Part shown: positions 49,857 through 64,000 of the stretch, one piece after another
Position numbering within the stretch: the first letter of the stretch is position 1
Layout of the letters: the number at the start of each line of letters is the position of its first letter
Source: Marsupella aquatica
Taxonomy: Eukaryota > Plantae > Marchantiophyta
Direction of reading: 5' to 3'
Assembly (NCBI GenBank): GCA_973895155.1
Contig: OZ316898.1
Coordinates: 11,555,187 to 11,619,186, forward strand
DNA: 64,000 bases
Program-made: the position numbers and the translations under genes
The notes under the pieces: model-generated
The model's database searches: none
What the model was told of the DNA's origin: nothing
What the model saw: only the letters and a program-made list of their open reading frames with translations

Positions 49857-51358
49857 ATGAGCAGCCAGAGAATGGAAGAATTGGTACCCACTCTGGCCAG
49901 AAGGAGGGAAGAGGGTGCAGGAGGAGGGAAGCGGAAGACACTGCCTTTGCCGGAAGGGGACATCAGGACTTCTGCTGACAAAAAGATGGAAACAACGCCT
50001 GCAGCTCCCAAGGCGAGACGGAAAAGGGGGGAGCTTGCAGAAGATGGAGGAGATGGACGGAGACGGCGGAAGCCCAAGGCCATTGTGGAAGTAAACTCCA
50101 CATTCACTGAGCTGCGCCGTCTTCTGCAAGAGATGCGCCCAAGTACCCTTCAGGTACTTGATTATTGAATAGAACTACCGACGCTCATTTGTTTGGTCAT
50201 GTAAAGGGGTGCACCTCTGCTAGATTTTTTACCTGTAGTGACTGTCTTCAAATTATGAACCCGGCTCTTCACATGATGGCCAAGCTGCCGGGAAATTCCT
50301 GCATGTTCTTACTTGAGAGAACCATGCTGATGTATTGTTTGTAGGTACTGAAAACTCCATATTACCGCAATTGCAAAGCAGCGAGGAACATGAGGAAAGG
50401 TATCATCTCACTAACTCCCAACCAACCCTTTCTCGCATAATAATTTGTCAACCGTTCTTTGGAGGTGCTTTTCGAGTCAAATGGTTCGTTGTCATTACTT
50501 CGGTGCCAACCGCTCCAGAAGGCAATTGATCATAAGATCTCGTTGAAGTTGTTCGCTTTGATGGGTAGTAGAATCTATGGGACTGTTTTAGATAATTTAT
50601 ATTTTCTTCATATATGTGTTGTTCTGCCCTAAACGTTTAGACAGTCCAGTTTGGATGTGATGCTCCTGCTACTTTTGGGATTTCGGGAATCAGTCCTTCG
50701 CCTACTTTTCAATGCTGATCAATGTTTGGAAGTCCCTGCTCCATCTACAAAGCCATTTGCAAAGATTGTATCACATTGGAGACCCGATGCTTTGGTCCTT
50801 CGTATCTTCCGCATCAGTGCAGAATTCTCAAGGGTTAAAATTTGGACTTCTGCAATGTGATTTCTTTGGTTACAAGCAAATCCGAAAATCTGATGGAGAT
50901 GATATTATGCTTGGGCAGGGGTTCGACAAATAAGAGACTTCTGCAAACAAGTGCGGTTGGAAACTGTGATGCTCGCCAAAAAGAAGCAAGGGGAGGAAAT
51001 GTCAAGAAAGCGGAGAAAACCTGAGGTCGCTACACCACCACCGGAAGGAGGAGGGGACGAAGTGCTCAAGAAGAAACGAAAGGTGACCCCTCCGCCTGAA
51101 GCTGGGGACGAAGGATCGAGGAAAAAGAAAAAACCGGAGGTCATGGCATTGTCTCTGGACGATGGGGAGGAAGTATCGAGGAACAGGAAGAAACCAGAGG
51201 TGGCGACCCCACCACTTGAAGACATACCAGATGATGGAGCTAGGCTTGACGTAGAGGTTGAAACACCACCAGATGTTGCTTTAGATGATGAGAGCATGAG
51301 GGAACTGGAAGTTGCAACTCCTCCACTTGATGCCAGTTTAGATGATGAGAATGAATGA
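49857..51358 (+). CDS. Uncharacterised basic nuclear protein, 3 exons, with EVATPP repeats
   Basis: Exons 49857-50153, 50345-50399 and 50919-51358 (GT-AG, phases 0 and 1). Core LRRLLQEMRPSTLQVLKTPYYRNCKAA resembles a conserved uncharacterised plant family; multiple KRK/RKRRK clusters. Confidence 0.75.
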
Positions 51359-52594
51359 GTCGTTGAATGCGTTGGTCTTCCTCTGTACTGTGGGAATTGA
51401 GTGGACGCTGCAACACTACCACTTGACAGCAATGTTGCAACATGGCAGCCCTGCTTGTTCTGGTCTTGTGCCAGGGGGATGGCTAATGTTTCTCCTTAGT
51501 CACTATGTGACACCATTGGACTCACTACTCCTGTAAATTTAAAGACATCTCCAACTTTCCTTTTGAAAGGCTGGATATTTTGCCTCTCTAGACACCTTTA
51601 CCTGCGCCCTTTTGCACATGATATTTCCACATTAATTGTTTTGCCAAGTCTTTCTCGTTATAGTAGAGTTTTAGATCTGAGATCGTACACTTGCAGGTAT
51701 CGTATGGTCTTTCTCTTGCTCCTGCCATCACAGCAAACGATAGCTAGCATCTAATTACGTATCTAACTGGGTTGCATAGCTGTCAGCTCAATTCATCCAC
51801 TGTCAAGAGCTTTCGGTTTGGACATTTAAATGATGTTTAAACTGTTGGGAGATTTCCGCGTACTCTACTGTCGCGACTTTTTATCTGTAAGTTTAATTGG
51901 AGCATGTTTGCTAGAGATGTTATCTGTCACTATGCTGGTCTTGTTTCTGTATTCCTTTGGCTGATAATGCTAGGATCTGTGAGAAGAATGCTTATAACTC
52001 TTGATTAGCAATTTCCTTCCGAGTATCAGTTGATGGTGTGTTGTGAGCAACGTCCATAAGTGTCGGTCAGCATATTCCTTCACAGGTTCCATGCTGAATT
52101 GCTTTGCTTGCTGGCCCCCAGGATTTGGTTTGTAAGAAAAAGAAAAAGAAAAAGAAAACGCCTATGATCTTAAGACCTATCGCAATTTGACCCAGGACGT
52201 TCGGAACACATCCACATTAAACGTTGATGTAACTGGTAACGCAATGTTGTCCACGCCCCAAACATTCACTATAGCAAGTTCCATCATGCCCAGTTTCATT
52301 ACAATAGTGTCCACACTTCAAACATTCACTAAAGGTAGTTCTATCATTTCAGGTTCATTTGAAACAATCTAATTGACACGTGATCTAGTTTACGTTCGTC
52401 CGAATCAGCCTCGAACAGTTGTGACAAATCGAAGGTAGACAAAGTCTGGCTTGGAAGTAAAGCAACACAATGAACCCATTTGACCACTGAGGAAGCCCTT
52501 CGAACTGTCCTGGCACACATCTATATCAGCTGCGGAAAGATAGCAATTGACGGTGGAATTGAAGTATGTACATGTGCAACTTATAGCATATAGC

Positions 52595-55500
52595 TCAAGA
52601 AGAAGTGATAGGGTGATCAGGTGTTCTAGCTGCGTTCAGCACAGGCTCATCTGACCGTGCAGAGCCACAGGTGGACTCTATGCCTGACTCAGATTTCCTA
52701 CGTGCCCTACTCCTATTTGCGGAGGATTTGTTGCCCTTAACGGCATCATCTCTAGCAGCCACTTCGTCTGCCTCTTCTATGTATGTGACTAATGACCTTA
52801 GAAAGCTTTTTCGACGAGTTGATCGTGATAGGGATTGATCTGATTCTTCGTCATCATCTCTATAGTTCTTGTGGTGCTGCCAGATTAGGCGTGAATAATA
52901 TACCAGAACACACAAAATTGAGGCTGTACCTGTTATTACAAATAGGCCCCAGAATGTGTCAAGTCCTAGCTCGTTAGAGCTCACAGTTAAACCTGATGAC
53001 CCGCAATTCTGACTGTTCAACCAGTAATCATGTATTTGTTGCAGACGGCCATTTTCAGACATTTGCAATATTGCTGTAGAAATATCCACAGCCAACTGAG
53101 ATCCTTGTGGAAATGCCTGTTACACCGCAAGATTCTTGGAAACTTAGTTGTATCCTATTTACACCTTGGGAAACCGCTGCAGCTAAAGAAAAGCTATACT
53201 TCAAAAGAGGAGGAAGATCCACCCGAAAATCTAGGAACTACAATAAAGACTCACAGATGCAAGTTACGCACATGGACCGTAGTTACACAGCATGATTGAA
53301 ATACTTACAAATCCCCATCCGCTTCTTGTGAACTCCTGGCCCGCGATTGTGAATTGACACTCAGTATTCAAGAAAACATCAATATAAGGTAATTCATCTA
53401 CAATAGCACCAACAAGCCCTTTTGATAGTGCACTAACATAAGCAGTCTGATCGCTCAGAGGTACCAATCTACTCGTAGCTACATTCATTTGCTGTAGATA
53501 AGTCTCCACAAAAGAGCCTGCCTGGTATCCAATATTCACATTGCTGCTCACCAGTCCTGCTATCCCCTGCATAGACATGACACAGAAAACTATGGGTTTC
53601 GAATTTGAGGAACCAGTGTATGAATCATCATTGCAAGCACTATATATAGAAGCCTGCTCCCTACGGAACAGGAAATATAGAAAACTACCTGTATTGTAGG
53701 TATCAGCTGCTGAACAGTTAGAATGGATGTCAAGCTAGCTGTGTAGCTTGAGTTGACAATCAGAACTACGAAGAGCCAGATGATCAAAACAGCTCTACCC
53801 AACGTGCTTTTTGTTTTCTCCCCTACAGACCATCAAAAACACAAATTAAAAATGCACAAGCTTCGTTAATAAGAAGGGCGTACATCAACGCTCCCCTCAC
53901 TTGAGCGTTCACCACATGATTGGCAGGTATATAACATCTCAGCAGAAGAATGATCGCAAGAGAGACAAAATAACCTAAAACATAGCTCCACATACGTTAG
54001 TCTACCATTCATCTGGTGACTTAGCCCCAGGACCCAACGTGTAGTCCTTGCAACTCATTGCTAAGAAGTCGGCATTTAAGAAGGAGCTGAACTTGAATTC
54101 TCAACTTACTTTGAGAGAAAAAGAGAGTTGAGAAACTGAACCTGCATCAACGTACCACAATAATAAATGTCATGGTAAGTAAGCCAGTGATATGTCTGCA
54201 GAGAGTACGGCTCCTACCTCCAAAGCTAGAAGAGTTTGTAGAGCAATCTCAATACGAGACTTGAGAACGGAACTAGTCTTAGTTGCGCAGTATAAAACAA
54301 GGCTACAAGTCATGGAACCCAAAACCTGGAACATCAGGAATGCAACGAATTCCCAGAGAGGTTTGAAATGAATTAACTCCATTAGGGGCTAAATATGACA
54401 AGGTCAGGTAGGGGTAGAAGCAATGCAGTAAGGAGTTCTATCCCCTCTTCCCTAACAGTATCAAGCACGTTTTCCCCAAGGAGAGAAGGCTTTATGGACA
54501 GACTTTATGGACCAGATTTTACAGAATATGCTGCTAAACCACACGGCCGGGTGGAACGAATTCAATAAAATCCACCATGTAGGAGAGGTGAAAACCCGTT
54601 TGTAGGATTGTGAATGACAATGCAGTTGTGTAGTATCTATATATGAATAGGCTCAAAGGGCACAATGCAGACTACATGAAAGGGCATTTTTGTTAGAATA
54701 CCGTAACCGATTCAACTGAACTAAGGATGAAAGTACTTACCATAGTACGGTGACGACCTGCTTTTTAGGATTGCCCCGGAAGTCTCTGTTCTTTTTGTGT
54801 TCCAAAATCCAGATAGCGAGACCAGTGAACAAGAAAAAGAGGCCGGTCGTACACCACATCAGAGGAGTGAAGGGGCGCATAAATGACCAGGCATGGGTGG
54901 ATCCTCCGACTTGAGTAGGAACAAGAACAACCAACCCAGATGTTGTGTAGGGCTGTGTGAAATCCACAATTCTAGAACGGTCCATCGTAATGGTCACATC
55001 ACCTACCACGGCGTCAAACTCCTGCACTCGTGAACTTCCCAATTACTTCCAGTATTTCAGAGCTCTTCACGCTCCCAAACAATCAGTAGCACCCGCTTTG
55101 ATCTAGTTTTCAAATTCAAAAATTCAACTTTTCTTGCCCTTCCGCTCAGTTAGATATCTGCTTTGAAGCTTTATATAGAATTGGTGGAATGCCACCACTA
55201 AGAATTTCCAACCTTGGATGGTTCCAACAATCTGCAAGCGAAGCGACAGGTTGCTGAGGAAATTCAGAAGGGATATGATCTTACCTTTGCAGCGACCTTC
55301 TCTACAAGGTCATTGTAGTTAGGTGTAGAGGATCCATTTCCATACGGTACGTAAGTATAGTTGAGGGGGTAAGGAAGGTAGGAAATAGCTGTCTCAAAAA
55401 CAGCAATGCAGAATCCATCGAAGGTGGTCACATTGAATTTATCAGTCTGAATATTGACGAATTCTGCAAATCCCGTTTTGCGGGGCACACCAATCCGCAG

Positions 55501-58500
55501 TTTCTGACCATTCTTAACCACCGCCCATCCTCTTGGTACCTGAATACATGACAGCAGTGTCCACCCATTCCATCATGAATAACATCCTAAAATTGCGTTA
55601 GTCGTGCATAGCCGGGATGGGTCACAGTCGTTCTTCCCGGCTCATATCCAGCTTGTAAATAAAGTGGCTGTCTAGACATACAGGCTTTGCATTACAAAAA
55701 AGTGGTCTCATCCTTTCAATTACTCTCTTGATGTCCGTTTGGTCCGAGTTCCCAGCCTCAGTAACTCGCATTAGTTTAAAACATCGGATATTTCGCAACA
55801 TTATGACGGCTACACTGCAAAAGAAAGGCAGTTGATTCTGGACAGGTGACATCCAGCCTCTTATGTGATATGTCGCCCTTTGGTCTACTTAACAGAGTCA
55901 ATCCCTTTGGTCTACTTAACAGATTCAATATGGCTCCTCCACATGGAGACAATGCTCGAAAATCAAATCAAATATCTCATTTGTGTAGTACCTGAGCCGA
56001 GCCACCAGGCCAGATAACATCCTGAAGCGCTGTTGATGCTTGGGAAGCAACTTCTGTGAACGAAGAAGTTCCATTAGATGCATTCACGTTGGAAGTAGCA
56101 ACTCGAGAGAATCCCCAATTGGTGTTCCAATAACCAAGGACACGAGCGCTCTTGCCAATCAAGTTCAAAATCTCATACGAAGCTCCGACCAAATCTCCAT
56201 GGTTATCCACCTGAACTGGCCCGCTTAGGCCCACAAACTTGGTGTCTTTTATGTTCGCCAAGAATCTTTTCCCTTCCTTGAGAATATTTAGACTGGATAG
56301 TTCAGAGCTACCCTTTTTACTTGCGGCCGTTGCATTCCGAGGAATGAATGTGAAATTATGTCCTGAGCTCAAAAAGGTTTGGATACCTCGAGCAATCATC
56401 CACACTGTATCATAGGCATAGAAGCCATAAATACTGGTGGGAATTGCAGCTCCACCGGTAGTATTGCTGGCTAGCAGTGAACGCAACCTCTGTTGAAAAG
56501 AATTGAGCTCAGGGCTAGGAGGAATATAAGAGCGCACAGCGACAACTCCCTGAGTTGCAGCCCAGATGGAGTCAGTGGTGGGAAGACCCTCCAACATACT
56601 TGACATGGCCTCGGTCACCAACCAAACATACCCGGTGGTAACCATACCTAGGTCCTGTGCAGTCTTGAAAAACAAGCGGGCAAGGATGGGTTGTAGGTGC
56701 ACTACAAATACTCTGGCCTCCAGCAACGCCAATTCGTTCAAGGCATTCACCATATCTGAGCTGTTGGCGTTTGGTGGGATTATTGTTCTGTGAAGGAACT
56801 TGATATCAAGATTATACAAAGATTCAGCAAGAGCATCTAGGCTGTCAACGCCCACATAATCGTTGGTGGACACTGCACCCACTTCTCTCCAACCATACAA
56901 TTCAACGAGGGAAGCTATGGACTCCATCTCCATTGCACCGTTGTGGACTGTGCGTAGGAAGTAAGGATTGTTGGCCCTCGTTAGGGAGGGGTCTGTGGCT
57001 GAGAATGAGACGATAGGCACCTGCGTTGCAGCCCCCAGAGCTACCACAAACTGTGCCACCGTTGAGGTTTGAGGTCCTACTACTGCAACCACCTCATCCT
57101 TCAACAACTCAACCGCTGCAGCATTCGTTTGTTGTACCACAGTCGTCAGTATGCAGATTTAAGTAAAATGAATTGGAGTTCAAGCAGACAGAAAAAGCCC
57201 AAAAAGCATCTCCCGCACACTGGGCTGCGTGATATCCCATAATGAAGTGTATGCGGAGTGGAAAATGGGTTAATTCCGACATTTTCTCACACAGTAAGTC
57301 GTACTGGACACATTGGGATGCAATTCAGCTTCTCTGGTCAGTTCCATTATCGAAAACCCACATATTTTTCTGATTTAGTGTGTAGTTCTGCTCCTGTATT
57401 TGCTGCCACTTTTTCTTCTAGGCGCTCACTCTTGGATATCGTTGCAAACGCAGACCCCTCCAAATTCGTTCCTTACATCTCTCTTACACTTCCACAGCAG
57501 ATCAAATAAGTCAATATTCTCACCCGCCCCCACCGCTCATGCCCCTTTTTCAGTCAACAATTTTCTCATAGCCATGCATTAAGTAACGGGTCCGAAGTCT
57601 ATCTCCTGAGGGTTCTTCATTCCAACAAGAAATCGGTCCATAAAAACCAGAGACAAATAACACAACAGATGTCGCATAAAGCTTAGAGAGGAATGAATTG
57701 AGCCAGGGATAGCGAGGATTAAATAGGATTAGATGACATTGTGGGATCTTTACAAGACGGGCAGCTGGCCACTTTCCTTTTTACCAACGCTAGAGAGTGG
57801 TCACTTGAGAGTCTCCCTGGCCAGAAAAACCAAGGCCTGGGAGCAGTAGATAGCAATCACTGAATGCTGGATAGGACTGGTGGTTACTTCTGGTGTAAAA
57901 GAGTTGTCACCTAACAAAAAGTGTGCCCCAACCTCCTCTCACTAGGATTTCTAGTCTGGAGACTAGGACCGGTAATCCTTTTCTGGGAATGTGCCCCACC
58001 TTCTTCTACAGTGAAGAGTACTGGTCTGCTGTGATTCAATCCAAGACTCAGAAAAGCAAATGGACTAGCTGCCCAGTCTTGTAAAGGACCAGTTTGTGAG
58101 TTGTCTGGTCTTTATGCTTTGCGTTTTGATCCACAAATAGAACAGTAAAGAGAAAAAGACAACTCTGAAACATCTCAAACATCCCAGTTTAGCAAGAAGC
58201 GGAAGCTGTGAGCGGGAGTCAAAAATAGGATGTGGATAAAGGAAAACTGGGGTGGAGTGTGTTCAGTTTGGGAAGAAGCAAACACTACCAGAAGCAGCGC
58301 CTTGGAATGCGTCGCAGGCGGAATCCATTGCCTCCAGAGACAGCTGGTAGTCTGGAAGGATGGAAGTGTTAATATTCACATCCTGCACAGCCAGCTGAAT
58401 CGCGGCCAAGGCCACCTGACCAATGGTGGAGTTGATGCCCAACAGCGACCCAATTTTCAGAACCGGCAAGCTTCCTCCGTTGACTCCTCCTCCAACTCCT

Positions 58501-58583
58501 CCTGACCATGTGATGCTCGTGAGCTGAGATTGCAGCAGCAGGACTGAACACCACCACACCCAGGGAAACTTTGGACGGTGCAT
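52595..58583 (-). CDS. GLR: Glutamate receptor-like ion channel, 8 coding exons
   Basis: Exons 58583-58289, 57115-55992, 55539-55285, 55021-54741, 54141-54110, 53822-53689, 53566-53309 and 53116-52595, phases consistent. Signal peptide, amino-terminal domain ([26 protein letters not shown]), [51 protein letters not shown]. Confidence 0.96.
57744..58090. mobile_element. MITE-like insertion in GLR coding intron 1
   Basis: ~29-bp imperfect TIR GGATCTTTACAAGACGGGCAGCTGGCCA / TGGACTAGCTGCCCAGTCTTGTAAAGGACC. Flanks acattgtg / agtttgtg may be a decayed 8-bp TSD. Confidence 0.65.
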
Positions 58584-61500
58584 CTGTGTTGCCTCGTCTG
58601 TCAGTCTCCCTCTCTTTCGGGCTATGTCTATCGCTCTCTTCAACCCTTGAAATCGACGTCAACCCGTCCCTCGCTATCACTCACTCAATACTGCCTGTTC
58701 CTTGTTCGCGAGCAAATCCAGAATTTTCGTCAGTCTGGCTATTGTGGCCGTCGCGCTCTCAGAACCAAGTGTGGCCTTGCCACTTATGAGAGCAATCCGA
58801 TCCCGAGCCTGGCATGCGGGACGAACGCGAAGTACATCCCCACGAGGAACCAACAAGAAGAGGAATAGTCTTCGTAAGTGTCGACGAAAGAGAAGGGCAG
58901 ACGAAGCAGGTGGGTGATAGGAGAGGTGAGCAGTGCGAGCGCATGGAATAGTCTGTCTCCTCCTTCCTGCATCTCAGCTGGAACTAAATAGAGATTTCTT
59001 ACTTACAACCGACCGTCATCAAGAGCAACGAAAGTCACTCTTTTCTTCTGGATATGCAGAGCTCATCCAGACTCAGCTCGTGAATCCTTCCTCCCAACCT
59101 CTGTCCACCTTCTCGATTCTGAAATTTCCGCTATATTTGTCGATAAGGATGCACAATCAGCAGCTTCGGTATCTCCAAATTGGATTATGAATCAATGTCC
59201 CCCTCAAAATGTGCTCAAACCGTATCATTTGACGTCCTTAAGATGAATAGCATGAGCCAGCTCCTGCAACGAATTGTCTGGCAAATGTAAACAAACACTA
59301 GGCGGTATATAAACAAATGTGGTCCGAAGAGCAGGAGAGGACGATAAGTTCTTGCTCCAACTTTCAGGACAATAAAATGCATAAAATGCTCTACGAATAA
59401 CGCAGCACACAGACAGCGAATTTAATCGAAGACAGTTGGACCAGATTGTGGAATGTTCAAAAACCTGATGATGTTAAAGCCTTCAACCCGCTCACCGTGC
59501 GCTGTCGGTAGCCCAATTTCACCAGCTATAACAAATGAAGGAGACTGGCGTCACCAAAGCTCTCCCGAATAAAACACAGCAGAAACTCAATCTACTGGAC
59601 AATCAATCCCAAGTGACTCGTTCGTCACGGAGACGATCACAAAGCGAGCAGCGGCATCAGACGTGGACGCATTAGAGCAGAGTCATACCGCCAGCAGCAT
59701 GCTGACTACTGCTATCGTGAGAGAGGACACAGCTTTTATGCGCTTCCGAATTGTGTTTGTCAAAAGGCAGGGACCGGGGAAGGAGAACAATCGTGGATGC
59801 AATTTAGAACAGAACCATAATGGTTCATGGTCGGAACTCAGGAAGGCTTCTATATGCTCAACCTTATCACTACTAGAATGATGTCCTTCCGATGAAGAGC
59901 ATGAGCCATCGTGTCTGCAACGAGGTCATCATCATTCTCCTCTCATTGACAAAAATTCTGCCTCGATAATCCTCCTAATAAATTTAATTTACTGCACCTC
60001 TACAGTCCAGTATAAGAATTGAATCGGTCTTCTCTTCTTCTATATCGACTGTAGCTGCCCCGTCTTTTCTGCGAACGTACGCCGCAACAGCCATCGCCAG
60101 CGTCATTCTGACTGCTGGTCTCACGAGGCAGGACACGCAGCTTTTTATGCGCTTCCGAATTATGTTTGTCAGGAGGTAGGGACCGGGGGGGAACAATTGT
60201 TGTGTAGGAAATTTCAGAACAGAAAAGTAATGGCAGTAAGAAAGTCAGGAAGGCTTTTGCCGCGGATCCTGATTCCTGATTCGTGCCATCCCAAGAGCCA
60301 GCAGCAGCAGCAGCAGCACCGCAAGCAGACCACACACACACACAGGCTACCGTAGGCACCACCATCATAGCCTCCTCGAGCTCTGCAACTTGCTTACTTC
60401 TGTCCTGCATGTACCAAAGTCTGCTTCATTCACCACGCCAGATTTCTAGGTGCAAGGTTGTTTTGTCAATTGTCATTCGCAGTGAAAAAATTGTCTGTCG
60501 AATTCGCCTCCCTCAGACCGTGCCATAGATCACGCAAAGTCGTTTCTGGGATGGATCGAGGCTGGAGCAGTGGAGCGGCCTTGGAAGAAGAAGATTGGTT
60601 CCTTTTACTTCCCAGAAATTTCTACGGTTCAAAACAAAAGTACAAGTCGGCCAAAAAGTTCATATCTGACCAAATTCACATCTCACTATACCTTAGCTTT
60701 TCAGGGCCTAACTATAGCTATGGGAACCTACTATTCAGGGCCTAAGTGTAGCTATGGGAACCTACTTCTCAGGGTCTGAATCCTGGACTTTGGGGCCTAA
60801 CTGCAGCTGGGGTGAGAACGGGGATTGGGGTCTATGAAATTGGTGCAGCTTGTGAGGAGTTAGTAGAAACAAAATTGACCATGAAATATTAGGGGGACTC
60901 AAATTAAGGGTCGGGTCATTCAGCCCCTAATGACTCATATGCCAGTAAGGCAGAGCCCTGGCTGACGTTACAGGCCTTAAAAAAATTGGATTTCAATTTT
61001 TTCACTGGGAGACAAGTGGTGCGGGTGAGAGAGAGAAGCTCATGGCTTCACTGGGCAATGTTTAGACCCAAACGGTCACCGCCAGAGACTCTAAAAGCTG
61101 GCAACCAGAGTGTGTGGACCTGCCCTGGGGGCTCCTGCACCATGTTAAACCAACACTGACCATATAAAAAGGAGGAGTGTCCAAAAAATTTCCCTTTTTC
61201 CCATTCCTCTCCTCTACCCTGAGGTTTTGTTCCTCAATTTCAGGAAAAAAATACTAAAAATGGTGAAATGTGTGGAACCATGTTTTTGTCATGGCTAGTG
61301 GCTCTTTAAGGCCGAGTCTGCCCAAACTTAACTTGGACCTCCCGAAAACAAGCCACGGCCCAGATTTTAGACCCCGTATTGAATGCCTTCACCTCTATTT
61401 ATGTTCGAAAAACAGGCATCACACAAATGTAATTAATACTCTCTGATTGAAACCTGTATTCTGTGGCACAAGTTTGGATTGAATAGGCCCTTGTGACGGC

Positions 61501-62579
61501 CCACAGTCAGGCTGGTTATTGTGGGGGACTTCTGACGCAGTATGTAGCATGATGTGCAGTAGTGCTTCACAGGGGCTCACACAGTAGGACACTCCTGTAG
61601 TAGGACTTTAGCGGAAATTTTAGAGGAGGTGCAGGGAACTCAGTGGAAGGGGAACACAGTAAAAAGGGGTCGTCGGGGAGGGATGTGCAATCCGGGAAGA
61701 GGTCTATGTGAAAGCAAGACAGAAATTGGTAGGAATTGAGAGAAATAGAACAGGTCAGAGAAACGCCCTTTGCGTTTCTATGGCGCCTTGAGTAATTGGT
61801 CATAATTGAGAGAAATAGAGGCACTTGTATCAAATCTACTTTTCTTCCATTGCCCGTGATAGTTGGCGACTGACATAATTTACTCACACGAGACCTCACA
61901 CAAAAAATCCAAACAGGTACCTGAGATAGATAATTCCCCAAGGTTTCAATCCCCCTAAGAAAATCTACTGAGCAAGCCATTGCATATCACTCTTTTTGTG
62001 AAGAGGAGTTGCAGCCAAACTCTTGATGAAAACAATAGATTCTGATTTGCATGTAACTCTGCCCATTCTGCTTGGGTCGGGTTTGAGCGTTCAGGCTTCC
62101 CTCACAGCAAGAGAAACTGAGTCGTATCCAACTAAATAACCTTCTCAAAAGCTCTCAATACCGCCACATTTACTGCCAAACTTGCCGATGGGACAATTGG
62201 TACTCGACAGGTCCCCATCTCTCTCAGATGGGCATGTTCAACTACTCTGTCCTTCTTCATCGCAGGTGAACTTTCTTCCGTGCCTTGCAATCACGTGAAT
62301 CCCCGCGCAATGTTTCATCTCCCAGCTTGGACAGTTCCTTCTCCCAGCTTGGACAGTTCGTGCGTCTGATGCAGATGCTACTCAGTCTTTGAATTGAAAA
62401 CAAGCCCTTCCTTGTTGCTGCTGAGAGCCTGGGTTGCTGTTGTTTCAAGGGTCTTTGCTAAATTGCCTGAGCTATTTTGGTCACAACTATGCTATACAAC
62501 GTGGTCAGGTGGTGTTCTTGTATGTCAATCACCCATGCTGTGACAAGCACCCTACAAGAACAAACAACAGTGGGCAGTC

Positions 62580-62875
62580 AAAGGGGCCCTATTAAGTCCC
62601 AAGTGCATCTGGTGGACTATTAAGTACACAAGATGCTAGAGGGGTCTTTTTAAATCCAAACTTGTAAGTGGCACCAGGGGCCCTATTAAATCCCAAGTGC
62701 ATCTGGTGGACTATTAAGTACACAAGATGCTAGAGGGGTCTTTTTAAATCCAAACTTGTAAGTGGCACTTGGAGCTATATTCTGGAGCCTGTGGACTATT
62801 AAGTATACAAGATGCCAGAGGGGTCTTTTTAAATCCAAACTTGTAAGTGGCACTTGGAGCTATATTCTGGAACCT
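62580..62875. repeat. Tandem array of ~85-95 bp units (3 copies)
   Basis: ggactattaagtacacaagatgctagaggggtctttttaaatccaaacttgtaagtggcac is repeated three times. Confidence 0.88.
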
Positions 62876-64000
62876 ATATGATGAAACTGCTATATGGTGA
62901 ATCCACCTTTCAAATTTTGTCGTATTCTGATTTTGTGTACTTTCTTGGTCATAATGTGTTTTTCTTTGCATGTGTATGTATGGTTTTGTGTGTTATGTCA
63001 CTCTTGGCATATATTTTACATGTACTTACTTTTTTATAATAAAATAAATTTAATGAATTACATATATCACTACAAGACAAAAAAAGAGGCATGTTCCAGG
63101 ATGAACATGCTATATCTAGAATGAAGCCAATAGAATGCGGCTTTTGGGTGCTGGCAGGTTTAGGGCTGTGACAACCAGTGACAAAGGCAACCATGGACCT
63201 GAGTGAAGGTCGACATTCAGGCTACTCCTTTTAAAACATGGATGGACAGCAAAACACTCTTTTGTGCTTTACCGTTATATTAAATCAATGAGTGAGATTA
63301 TATTAAATCAATGAGTGAGAAAACACATTTCATCTTTGGAAATAGTAGGTGTGTCAATTATTAATTAATTTTGAAAACATTAGGCTCCTAGGAAAGATCT
63401 TTCCAATGAGCTCCTAAGTATCCCAAGAAAAACCTATTCCATAAGGCATAGATGGAGATATTGAATGACTAAGTTAAGTGCTTAACATTGGGAAGTGTGG
63501 ACAATGAATGAACGACAATCTGTAAAAAGTTTGTTGTGATTTGATCCTTACAATGAGTGATCCATAATCTTTAGTAATTCATAGCTCTCTTAATTTTTTA
63601 TTTTTCACAAGTGATATAGATTCACTGGACAGATCTTTTCCAGGAGTTCAAGTGAAAGCTAATCACATCAAGGGAGATCGTGAAGGTCCAAATTTGCTAT
63701 TAAAAGAGTGCCAATCAATGAATGAATGAAGGGTGTCAATGAGTGAAAATGTAAAGGTGTCAGAGTCCATGGGGGTTGATTGGTTAAACATCCTCTGTCC
63801 CTCAAAACAAAAAGCTGTGGATCCAAGTTACCAAAATTAGTCAATACTGCTCTTAAAAAATTGAAACGTGCACTATTTTGTTCTCCTCTGTCTGAGGCTC
63901 TGAGCCTCTGACCCTTGCACAGTGCACTATTTTGTCCGCCCCCTACCTGGTGGACACCAACCCTCTAAGGACTCCGTCCATCTAGGCTTCAACTCAATAG

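Overview
Eukaryotic, intron-rich land-plant nuclear DNA. Gene style suggests a bryophyte such as a liverwort, but that is inference. Host genes with reconstructable exon structures: STAY-GREEN/Mg-dechelatase (+, 5977-7796), a catalytically degenerate RBL9-type rhomboid (+, 19655-22654), EBP2 (+, 28154-29416), COX17 (+, 45582-45836), a small basic nuclear protein with EVATPP repeats (+, 49857-51358) and an 8-exon glutamate-receptor-like channel (-, 58583-52595). The centre (about 24-45 kb) is an accessory, mobile-element-rich zone. It holds nested non-autonomous canonical Helitrons with MITEs inside them, several tandem arrays, and an inverted duplicate of the EBP2 promoter and exon 1 that brackets a 16-kb segment. 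Inside that segment is the most interesting object: a Helitron2/Helentron-type HUH-Rep/Pif1-helicase ORF with no frameshifts but 3 in-frame stops. Directly upstream on the same strand lie scrambled, tandemly amplified Ty3-like Gag fragments and a retropepsin (ALVDTGA) relic; overlapping its 3' end is an intact 3-exon, 213-aa orphan gene. The layout is gag-PR-Rep-Hel-orfX, with no RT, RNase H or integrase visible. All calls come from manual reading and translation; no database searches were run.
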